DNA of 59,728 bases from a virus (Duplodnaviria > Caudoviricetes). The notes beneath the pieces were generated by a model that was given only the letters and a program-made list of their open reading frames with translations, was not told the DNA's origin and searched no databases. Positions 1-6,744 of the stretch are shown here, piece by piece. A program made the position numbers and the translations under genes. Position 1 is the stretch's first letter. Every line of letters begins with the position of its first letter. The stretch spans positions 1-59,728 of IMG/VR virus record IMGVR_UViG_3300012527_000002. One strand, 5' to 3'.

Positions 1-123
1 CCTACCGCGCGCTGCCGGTCATGGAGCCGGGCAAGAGCCTGCGCTTCGCCTTCCCCCCGGACGGCAGCGATCCGGACGATCTGGCGCGCACCGGCGGGCT
101 CGAGGCGGTGAACGCGATGGTCG
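1..123. repeat. Terminal direct repeat (circular assembly overlap), copy 1
   Basis: 1-123 identical to 59606-59728; lies inside the primase ORF. Confidence 0.97.
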
Positions 124-692
124 AAGCCGGCGAGGCGCTTGTCGACGTGATCTGGCGCGATCTGCTCGCGCGATTCGACGTTCGAAACCCCGATCAACGC
201 GCCGCCCTGGCCACCGAGATCAAGAGGGTGCTCGCCAGCGCACGGAATCCTGATGTCCGCTCTGCTTATGCGGATACCCTGCGCCAACTCTTCCAAGCGG
301 CCGGTGCACGGCAAGCAGCCGCGCCCGGGCATCATCAAGCGCGCGGCCGGGGGCGGAATGTCAACATCGCGGTCGAATCCGCGCTCATTCTCGGCATAAT
401 CGACAATCCAAGTGTGCTCGATGTTCACGGAGCGTCGATTTCAGGGCTTCGGTGGCGCTCCGATGACCACAAGCACCTTGCGACCGTCCTGGCGTCCGCT
501 GTCGACGCGCAGGACGACGGCGGGAACGCTCTCGACCGCGAAACAGTGCTCGCCGCGGTTGAACGGGCGGGGATGACCGAATTTGTCGCCCTCATGCGCC
601 GGGAAGCGCTTCAAATGCCATTTTCCGCCGAAACTGACCCGCAGCGGGCGGCCCTGCTCGTGCTCGACGCGCTGCGCGCCAATTTCACCTAA
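1..692 (+). CDS. dnaG: DNA primase, C-terminal part (continues from 58651 across the origin)
   Basis: In frame with 58651-59728 via the overlap; DPDDL motif ending the TOPRIM region; joined ORF 548 aa. Confidence 0.93.
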   Translation, partial: YRALPVMEPGKSLRFAFPPDGSDPDDLARTGGLEAVNAMVEAGEALVDVIWRDLLARFDVRNPDQRAALATEIKRVLASARNPDVRSAYADTLRQLFQAAGARQAAAPGHHQARGRGRNVNIAVESALILGIIDNPSVLDVHGASISGLRWRSDDHKHLATVLASAVDAQDDGGNALDRETVLAAVERAGMTEFVALMRREALQMPFSAETDPQRAALLVLDALRANFT

Positions 693-702
693 GGACGACC
701 TT

Positions 703-1128
703 ATGCCGAAGAAAACCTATCGTATCTGGCGCATTGACCCTGTGAAGAAGGCGATCGCTCCCCTTCTGCTGGACGCGAGCAAGCGCGACTACGCCCTCCA
801 TCTCCAGCGTCTTGTGCGCGCCGAGCAGCTTGGCCACCGCATGCTTGTCGACATCGGCGGGACCAAGCTGTGCGTCGCGGCCGATGCCCGGGCGGAAGAG
901 GGCCAGGTCGGTTGGCGCCTGCGCGGCGTCAAGGGTATCACAGCCAGCATTGGTGTGCTCTTCGGACAGGGAAGCACTGGGGGCCTTATCTCCGCGCCGT
1001 GCGATCGCGAATGGATCGACCGGCACTTGGTCTGGACCTCGCCGGAAGAGACCGACGACGCTGACGCCGACGATGTCGACGGCACGCTGGTCATGGTGAG
1101 CGACGAAGAGCCTGACGATGGGGCGTAA
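703..1128 (+). CDS. Hypothetical protein with acidic tail
   Basis: ATG 703 after AAGGA; fills gap between dnaG and next gene. Confidence 0.7.
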   Translation: MPKKTYRIWRIDPVKKAIAPLLLDASKRDYALHLQRLVRAEQLGHRMLVDIGGTKLCVAADARAEEGQVGWRLRGVKGITASIGVLFGQGSTGGLISAPCDREWIDRHLVWTSPEETDDADADDVDGTLVMVSDEEPDDGA

Positions 1129-2014
1129 GCGCACCTGGGATGACGCGCGCTACGAGAAGCTGCGCGGTCTGTGGACGTCGGGAGCGTCTGCCGACGAAAT
1201 GGCCGACGCTCTCGGATCGAGCCGCGGCGCGATCTACCAGCGGGCGAAGAAGCTCGGCCTGCCGGCGCGGAACCAGCGGCGCGGCCGACCGGCGGGGCCA
1301 AGGCGGGTCGGCAAGCCCGACGGCGCGCGCGTTTCACTGGATCCGTGGCACCCGGCGCTCGCCGCGGGGCGCACCATCCACGGCCGGACGGTGACGCCGG
1401 CGGCGCGCGCGAAGCGGCTGCTGAAATCGGGCAAGTGGAGTTCGAAAATCGGCGATGTCGCGATGAAGGGCAAGTGGAAGGGCTTCCCGCTGCTCACGTT
1501 GACGCTCGAGGAGCGCGCCACCTGCCCGCGAACGTGCCTCGAATGGGACACCTGCTACGGCAACAATCTCGGCCACACGACGATCGAGCGGATCTTCGAC
1601 GACGGCTTCCTCGAGCTAATTCTACACGCCGAGATCGCGCGCAAGGCAGCGCAGCATCCCGACGGATTCGCGGTGCGCCTGCACGTCCTCGGTGACTTCT
1701 ATTCGGTGCGCTACGTCGAATTCTGGCGCGAGATGATGCGAGAATTCGACGCGCTGCACGTCTTCGGCTTCACCGCTCGCCAGCCCGGCGATGACATCGG
1801 CCGCGCGGTGCTCGAGATGATGGAGGAATTCGACGATCGCGCGATGATGCGCGTGTCTGGCGCGGCGTTCCCGCAACTGTGCTCCGAAGTCGTAGACAGC
1901 ATCGACCAGGCGCGTTTCATCGTGTGCCCGGCGCAGCGGAAGGCCGACCACGATTGCGCGCGCTGCGGTCTGTGCTGGACGAGCGATCACAGCATCTCGT
2001 TCTTGCGGCATTGA
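1118..2014 (+). CDS. GcrA-like N-terminal HTH fused to GP88-like Cys-rich domain
   Basis: WDDARYEKLRGLWTSGASADEMADALG..RGAIYQRAKKLGL resembles the GcrA N-terminus; CPRTCLEWDTC, RLHVLGDF, CPAQ..CARCGLC. Confidence 0.7.
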   Translation: MGRKRTWDDARYEKLRGLWTSGASADEMADALGSSRGAIYQRAKKLGLPARNQRRGRPAGPRRVGKPDGARVSLDPWHPALAAGRTIHGRTVTPAARAKRLLKSGKWSSKIGDVAMKGKWKGFPLLTLTLEERATCPRTCLEWDTCYGNNLGHTTIERIFDDGFLELILHAEIARKAAQHPDGFAVRLHVLGDFYSVRYVEFWREMMREFDALHVFGFTARQPGDDIGRAVLEMMEEFDDRAMMRVSGAAFPQLCSEVVDSIDQARFIVCPAQRKADHDCARCGLCWTSDHSISFLRH

Positions 2015-2021
2015 GAGGAAA

Positions 2022-3062
2022 ATGAATGTCTTGGGTCTATGTGCCGGGGTTGGAGGGCTCGAACTCGGCATCCGGATTGCCGTGCCAGGAGCGCGCGGCG
2101 TCGCTTACGTTGAAAGGGAAGGCTATGCAGCCGCGGCACTTGTCGCGCGTATGGAAGATGCGTCCCTTCATCCGGCGCCTATCTGGTCTGACCTTGCCAC
2201 CTTCGACGCTCGACCGTGGCGTGGAGTCGTTCATTGCGTCGCTTCAGGCGACCCCTGCCAGCCCAACAGCCTCGCCGGACAGCGGCTCGGCGCCGACGAC
2301 GATCGCTTCCTCATCGACCAGGTCCTCCGGATCGTCGACGAGTGCGGGGCGCATCGTCTCTTCCGAGAAAACGTCACGGGGAACGCGGACGGACAGCTCG
2401 CGGCATTGGTCCCGCCATTGGAGCGGATGGGCTATCGGGTTGCGGCAGGAATTTTCAGCGCGTCCGAGGCCGGCGCTTCCCACAAGCGAGAGCGACTCTT
2501 CATCATGGCCGAGCGCGCGGGTGGCGCGGGGCGGCTACACCCGGGACCATGGCAATCCGGACATGCAACGCCCGACGCTCGAGGGGGTCGCGGAGGAATG
2601 GATGCCGAAGTGGGGTCCGCCTCGAACGGCGACCGTCGACGGTCACTGGACGACGCTTTGCGCGGACGACACGGGGATGAGGGAGGGCCGGACGTCGCAG
2701 GGCGGGACGCTCCTGTCGACGCAAGCCGGTCTGCATCAAGTGCAGGCGTGGCCGACGCCGGCAACCCGGGATTACCGGGGCGAGAATTCCGAGGAACACG
2801 TCACGACGAACGGGACGGGCCGGATGCACATGGATCAGCTACCGAATTTCGTAGCGCATGGCTCCCACTGTGCGCGCCCGGACCCGCAGACGGCCGCTGG
2901 CGAGACATCATCGAGCGTGCGCCGGACCTTGAACCCGCTGTTCGTCGAGTGGCTGATGGGCTGGCCTATCGGGTGGACCGACTGCGAGCGGCCGGTAACG
3001 GGGTTTTCCCACTGGCTGCGGCGCGGGCGTGGTGTGCTCTCGACGCTCTGCTCCGAGCCTGA
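2022..3062 (+). CDS. DNA cytosine-5 methyltransferase, alpha-type chain (motifs I-VIII and X)
   Basis: LCAGVGG (I), GDPCQ (IV), RENV (VI), HKRERLF (VIII), RLRAAGNGV (X); no motif IX in this frame. Confidence 0.9.
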   Translation: MNVLGLCAGVGGLELGIRIAVPGARGVAYVEREGYAAAALVARMEDASLHPAPIWSDLATFDARPWRGVVHCVASGDPCQPNSLAGQRLGADDDRFLIDQVLRIVDECGAHRLFRENVTGNADGQLAALVPPLERMGYRVAAGIFSASEAGASHKRERLFIMAERAGGAGRLHPGPWQSGHATPDARGGRGGMDAEVGSASNGDRRRSLDDALRGRHGDEGGPDVAGRDAPVDASRSASSAGVADAGNPGLPGREFRGTRHDERDGPDAHGSATEFRSAWLPLCAPGPADGRWRDIIERAPDLEPAVRRVADGLAYRVDRLRAAGNGVFPLAAARAWCALDALLRA

Positions 3063-3090
3063 AGCACCGGCGCAGGGATTGATGTTATGA
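2026..3090 (+). CDS. Overlapping +1-frame chain of the C5 methyltransferase (motif IX/TRD, beta-type)
   Basis: 354-codon open frame nested over the MTase; WPTP motif and TLNPLFVEWLMGWPIGWT (motif IX-like). Confidence 0.72.
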   Translation: MSWVYVPGLEGSNSASGLPCQERAASLTLKGKAMQPRHLSRVWKMRPFIRRLSGLTLPPSTLDRGVESFIASLQATPASPTASPDSGSAPTTIASSSTRSSGSSTSAGRIVSSEKTSRGTRTDSSRHWSRHWSGWAIGLRQEFSARPRPALPTSESDSSSWPSARVARGGYTRDHGNPDMQRPTLEGVAEEWMPKWGPPRTATVDGHWTTLCADDTGMREGRTSQGGTLLSTQAGLHQVQAWPTPATRDYRGENSEEHVTTNGTGRMHMDQLPNFVAHGSHCARPDPQTAAGETSSSVRRTLNPLFVEWLMGWPIGWTDCERPVTGFSHWLRRGRGVLSTLCSEPEAPAQGLML

Positions 3091-3137
3091 ACACGGGAGC
3101 GGCAATCACGCCGCGCCTTTTTAGAGGGAGCACGACG

Positions 3138-3422
3138 ATGCAGGAAATTAAGGACCGCCTCGTAAAACTTATGGCCGAGCAGCTTGGCGAGACGATCGCC
3201 GAGCGCGCGCAGGAAGAGGGCGCGGAGATCTTCGCCGACCACGGCAAGGGCTGGGCCGACGGCTCGCTCGACAGTCTCGACAAGGTCGAATTCGTCATGG
3301 CCGTCGAAGACGAATTCAAGGTTGAGATCCCCGACTCCATCGTCCCCGGGTTCAAGACCCTCGACGACGTCGCGCGCTATGTCGACACGATGAAGTCCGG
3401 GGCGGCGCATGGCGGGCATTGA
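3138..3422 (+). CDS. acpP: Acyl carrier protein
   Basis: LDSLDKVEFVMAVEDEFKVEIPD phosphopantetheine-site signature; RBS GAGGGAG. Confidence 0.88.
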   Translation: MQEIKDRLVKLMAEQLGETIAERAQEEGAEIFADHGKGWADGSLDSLDKVEFVMAVEDEFKVEIPDSIVPGFKTLDDVARYVDTMKSGAAHGGH

Positions 3423-3688
3423 TGCCCGAATACCGTCGACCGTTCGTCCGCGGGCCGGCGCCGACGTGGAAGCCGACGATCTGCGAAGTGCCGGGGTGCC
3501 AGGCGGCACACCCGGCCTTCAGCAAACAGGGGACACAAGGGCCGTGGCTTTGTCGGGAGCACTTTCGGGGCACCTCTTCGAATGCACCTGCCCTGTGTGT
3601 CGAGCCGGCGACGCCCTCCCCGCCCATCTCCAAGGCATCCCCGGCGCCAAGCAGCTCACCTTCGTCGAAACCGGCCACGCTGCTGTGA
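3422..3688 (+). CDS. Small Cys/His protein
   Basis: TGATG coupling; CEVPGC...WLCREH. Confidence 0.6.
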   Translation: MPEYRRPFVRGPAPTWKPTICEVPGCQAAHPAFSKQGTQGPWLCREHFRGTSSNAPALCVEPATPSPPISKASPAPSSSPSSKPATLL

Positions 3689-3882
3689 GCACATTCGAGC
3701 GCCAGGTCCGCGATGCCTGCCGCGAACGGTGCGCCGAATTCGGAGATCCGCCGTGCTATCGCCTCGACCTGTGGGATCGAAAGCACCCGACCTGGTGCCG
3801 CGAGTGTCGCGCTGAAGCTGGTGACGTCAGCGAGGATCCAGAGCCGCTAGATCCGGCGGCCGTGATTGGGCCGCTGCTCTGA
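3685..3882 (+). CDS. Small Cys-rich protein
   Basis: GTGA coupling; CRERC..PPC..CREC. Confidence 0.6.
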   Translation: MSTFERQVRDACRERCAEFGDPPCYRLDLWDRKHPTWCRECRAEAGDVSEDPEPLDPAAVIGPLL

Positions 3883-4130
3883 CTGACGGCCGCCGCTCGA
3901 TCGCGTGGACGCTGTCGAAAGCGGCCCAGCTTCTCCCGCCGGCCGAACGCCAAGCCTTCCGCGAATTCCTCGCCGGCCTTCCAGGTGGCCAGCCGCCTAA
4001 GCCGCGGCGCGCACATAGCTGGAAGCGAAAGTCTCGAGCGAAGCGGACGCCCGAGGCACGTATCCGTGTCAGATTCGTGCCTCGATCGCCGAAAACCGAT
4101 CCGCAGATCCCTCTCCCCTTCGACGACTGA
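3879..4130 (+). CDS. Putative CTG-initiated basic protein ending QIPLPFDD
   Basis: 83-codon frame absent from the ORF track; CTG overlaps the upstream TGA (CTGA), like the other NTGA junctions. Confidence 0.45.
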   Translation: MTDGRRSIAWTLSKAAQLLPPAERQAFREFLAGLPGGQPPKPRRAHSWKRKSRAKRTPEARIRVRFVPRSPKTDPQIPLPFDD

Positions 4131-4206
4131 CCGCATTCGATCTGCACCAACGAAATTTGCCGTTGCTGTTAAGGGCATCCGTTTTTGTTGAGAGAGAGCA
4201 TTTTTT

Positions 4207-4252
4207 AGCGGTCCCCCACCGCTCCCATCGCGCGCGGCGCTTAGAAGGACCC
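4207..4252 (-). other. Lambda-type cos site candidate (cosQ + cosN-like dyad)
   Basis: - strand GGGTCCT (4252-4246) equals lambda cosQ; dyad AGCGGT-N5-ACCGCT at 4207-4223 at lambda-like spacing; A-tracts beyond; GpA-type terminase present. Confidence 0.65.
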
Positions 4253-4321
4253 GCGGCCGGGGGGGGCGGCCGAGCGCGATCATCGACCGGCCGAGCGGCC
4301 GAGCTCGGCCCGGCCCCACCC

Positions 4322-4394
4322 TGAATTGCAGCGCTTGCAATGCTTCGCGACTCGTGGGATACGATGCCTTGCAGCGGCGCACGACTCGCCCCGC
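4322..4394 (+). promoter_or_regulatory. Early promoter/operator 1 with leader hairpin
   Basis: TGAATTGCAGCGCTTGCAAT (20 bp, identical at 6650) followed by hairpin loop CGCACGACTCGCC. Confidence 0.65.
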
Positions 4395-4419
4395 TCGCAC
4401 TGGAAAGGGAATTGCCACT

Positions 4420-4671
4420 ATGGCCTATCGTTCTAGTCTTCCCGCCTATCGCTCGCCAGCGCAACGTCGGGCGCGTGGTGAATTGCAGCTATGCCTTTCG
4501 CTCTCGGCGATCTTCGCCCCGCTGGCGTTCCTCGCATGGCTTGGATTTTCCGCCCTTCCCGCTCATTGCCCCGTCAATGTCGGCGCAGCGGTCGCTGTCA
4601 TGGCGTCGGGCGCAACGGCATTCGCTGGCCTGTTCGCATGGCTGGCCGTTGACGCATGGGGCCGCAAGTGA
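4420..4671 (+). CDS. Small membrane protein (2 TM)
   Basis: RBS AAAGGGA; two hydrophobic segments. Confidence 0.65.
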   Translation: MAYRSSLPAYRSPAQRRARGELQLCLSLSAIFAPLAFLAWLGFSALPAHCPVNVGAAVAVMASGATAFAGLFAWLAVDAWGRK

Positions 4672-4952
4672 GCGCGCCCCGCCTAGCGCTGCAATGCGCG
4701 CCCTTCCCTAACACTTACATCATGGCCAGCGCGCGCCGCATTGGCACGGGCGCACTAGCTGGCGCTTATCGTGGCACTGTCCGCACCATAGAACACAACG
4801 CATGGTCGACTCCGTGCGTGAACGCGTGGCGCTGCGATCTGACGCGCGCGAGCGCCGCCGATGCAATGCGCGACGCAACACAAGCGGCCCTAGAGGCGCA
4901 GCGCACGGGATACGTTCCCGCCGGTTTCACCATAACGGAGTCCGCACGATGA
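4668..4952 (+). CDS. Hypothetical protein
   Basis: GTGA/ATGA coupling at both ends. Confidence 0.6.
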   Translation: MSAPRLALQCAPFPNTYIMASARRIGTGALAGAYRGTVRTIEHNAWSTPCVNAWRCDLTRASAADAMRDATQAALEAQRTGYVPAGFTITESAR

Positions 4953-5260
4953 GCGATCTCACACCCATCTTTGAACAGGGCCGCGAAGCGCGCCGCAATG
5001 CGGGGCGATGCCTAGAGCATGGCGCGCCAGCTTGTCCCTTCTATTCTAGCAGCCCCTACGGCGACGCATGGCAGGCCGGTTATGGCTTTGAATGCGACCG
5101 CATGGCAGGCAACGCCCTGGCGGCCCTTCCCGTGCGCCGCGCATGGGCGGGGCGCGGATATAGGGTCAACGTGGAATTAGACGCGCCGCGACGGCCCCGC
5201 ATGTCCTACGCCATAGAGCATCGCGCCAGCGCGCCCGATTTCGCTAGGCTCGAAACATGA
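4949..5260 (+). CDS. Hypothetical protein, Rmf/CrpP-like N-terminal motif
   Basis: FEQGREA...CPFYSSSPYGDAWQAGY resembles the G..A...CPY...W..GW pattern. Confidence 0.5.
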   Translation: MSDLTPIFEQGREARRNAGRCLEHGAPACPFYSSSPYGDAWQAGYGFECDRMAGNALAALPVRRAWAGRGYRVNVELDAPRRPRMSYAIEHRASAPDFARLET

Positions 5261-5547
5261 GCGCGCCCGGCTTGACCTATGCCGAATTCATCTGCGAGCG
5301 CGCGCGCCTCGATGCCATAGAGCGCGAAGCGGGCGCGCGCATGAGCGCCCTAGGCGCTGGCACGGGACCAATGGGATTAACGCCAGATGCCATTCGGGCG
5401 CGGCCGGATTATCAGGCGGCGCGGGGCGATCAACGGCGCGCCATGGCGGCGCTTCGCGCGCTCAATGGGCGTTATGCTGTCACCTATCGCCGCGAAGAGA
5501 TTGCCGCTCGCGACGCGCGCCGGATGGCGCGCCTAGCCGCACTATAG
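5257..5547 (+). CDS. Hypothetical phage protein (GPMGLTPD motif)
   Basis: ATGA coupling; helical basic protein. Confidence 0.65.
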   Translation: MSAPGLTYAEFICERARLDAIEREAGARMSALGAGTGPMGLTPDAIRARPDYQAARGDQRRAMAALRALNGRYAVTYRREEIAARDARRMARLAAL

Positions 5548-5614
5548 CCGAAACTGGCGCACGTTGCGCCAGTCGCGCGGGATCTGTCCGCCCCGCGCCT
5601 GATGACGGCAGGAC
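5547..5614 (+). ncRNA. Type II hammerhead ribozyme
   Basis: gcc-GAAA-stem III (CTGGCGCA/TGCGCCAG)-TC-stem I (GCGCGGG/CCCGCGC)-CTGATGA-c-ggc; loop I GTCC pairs with 3' GGAC; predicted cleavage after C5574. Confidence 0.85.
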
Positions 5615-5790
5615 TCACAAAGGGAATGACCATGCTGCACAATCTCGAAACCATCCAGCCGCGCGACCGAGGCCGCCGATCATCTCGCATTCAGGGCGGA
5701 ACGGCTGCGGACCGAATGCGGGCGCGTCCATGGCGAGCCTGAAGCGCGCGCCATGGTGGCGGGCGATCTAGGGCTGGGAGCGGCGCTTTG

Positions 5791-6123
5791 ATGTCCCGCG
5801 CGCTCATGCCCGCCGCGCTCGTGCTCGCCCTAGTGGCGGGCGCGGGTTGGCAGGCCAGCCGCTCGCCGCGCCCTGCCCTTGTCGGGATAGGGTGCGAGGG
5901 CGCGGCCGGGCCGCTCTATGCCGCCGAGGAATCCGACTTTCCCCGCTGTGCATCGATCCAGCCGCGCGAAGCCAACCCGCCTACGTTCGCGCTTGTCGCG
6001 GAACGGGCTGACGGCAGCGCCTACGTTTTTGAAACCCGCGCCAGTTTCGGCGACTGCATGGGCCGCGCCCGTGGCGTCGATCAACGCGCGTTCCCCGTGA
6101 TCTATTGCGAGAAGGAGTCCTGA
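5791..6123 (+). CDS. Secreted or membrane-anchored Cys-containing protein
   Basis: N-terminal hydrophobic segment; four Cys. Confidence 0.6.
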   Translation: MSRALMPAALVLALVAGAGWQASRSPRPALVGIGCEGAAGPLYAAEESDFPRCASIQPREANPPTFALVAERADGSAYVFETRASFGDCMGRARGVDQRAFPVIYCEKES

Positions 6124-6124
6124 C

Positions 6125-6652
6125 ATGAGAAAGCAAATTAGAGTGCCCGTGATCCTGAATTACAACGCCGACGCGGCATTGACCCAAGAGGGCTTGCGCG
6201 AAGCTGTGGGCGATGACGTGGCGAGCCTTATCGTGGCGAGCGACAAGCGCCGCGCGGTCGAATTGGAGGCGGTCGAAATTGACCCGGCTGCGCTTATTCA
6301 GGACGGCGCGCCGTTCGATCCTTTCAACCCGCCAGCGAAGCCGCGCGGGGCCGGGGTGCCGCTCGATGAATTGGAGCGGCGAGTCGTCGCGCTTCGCGAC
6401 GCGGTGCGGGGCCTGCATGATCTTTACGACGCGCACGATTCGCTCAATTTCGTGCAACCGGATTCGCTCGCGGCGACCTACAAGGCCAGCTTAGATGATT
6501 GGGCGTGCGATCTGGAAACGGCGCGCGATGACGTGGCGAAGCTGGCGCACCTCTATGGAATTCTTGACCGCTACGGGTTTGAGCCGGAATATGCGGGCGG
6601 CGGCATGGCCGGGGCATGGTCAACCAAGCCGTGCGCCAACTGGCGAGATTGA
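6125..6652 (+). CDS. Hypothetical protein
   Basis: RBS AAGGAG; 175-aa ORF. Confidence 0.65.
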   Translation: MRKQIRVPVILNYNADAALTQEGLREAVGDDVASLIVASDKRRAVELEAVEIDPAALIQDGAPFDPFNPPAKPRGAGVPLDELERRVVALRDAVRGLHDLYDAHDSLNFVQPDSLAATYKASLDDWACDLETARDDVAKLAHLYGILDRYGFEPEYAGGGMAGAWSTKPCANWRD

Positions 6653-6721
6653 ATTGCAGCGCTTGCAATCCTGCGAGCGTTGCCCTAGCTGAAGCATTGC
6701 CGCCGCACGATTCGCCGCGGC
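6650..6721 (+). promoter_or_regulatory. Early promoter/operator 2 with leader hairpin
   Basis: Same 20-bp element as 4322; TTGCAA-N17-TAGCTG; hairpin loop CGCACGATTCGCC. Confidence 0.65.
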
Positions 6722-6744
6722 CAACCTGAAGGAGAATTTTTCCC

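Noticed and set aside
5627-5791. Short ORF after the ribozyme (MTMLHNLE..., 38 aa) with a more protein-like second frame lacking a start
   Set aside because: Has a good RBS but may be frameshifted or a sequence error; no confident CDS or pseudogene call without reads
6432-6443. Third CGCACGATTCGC copy
   Set aside because: Inside a CDS, with no flanking stem or operator; may be chance
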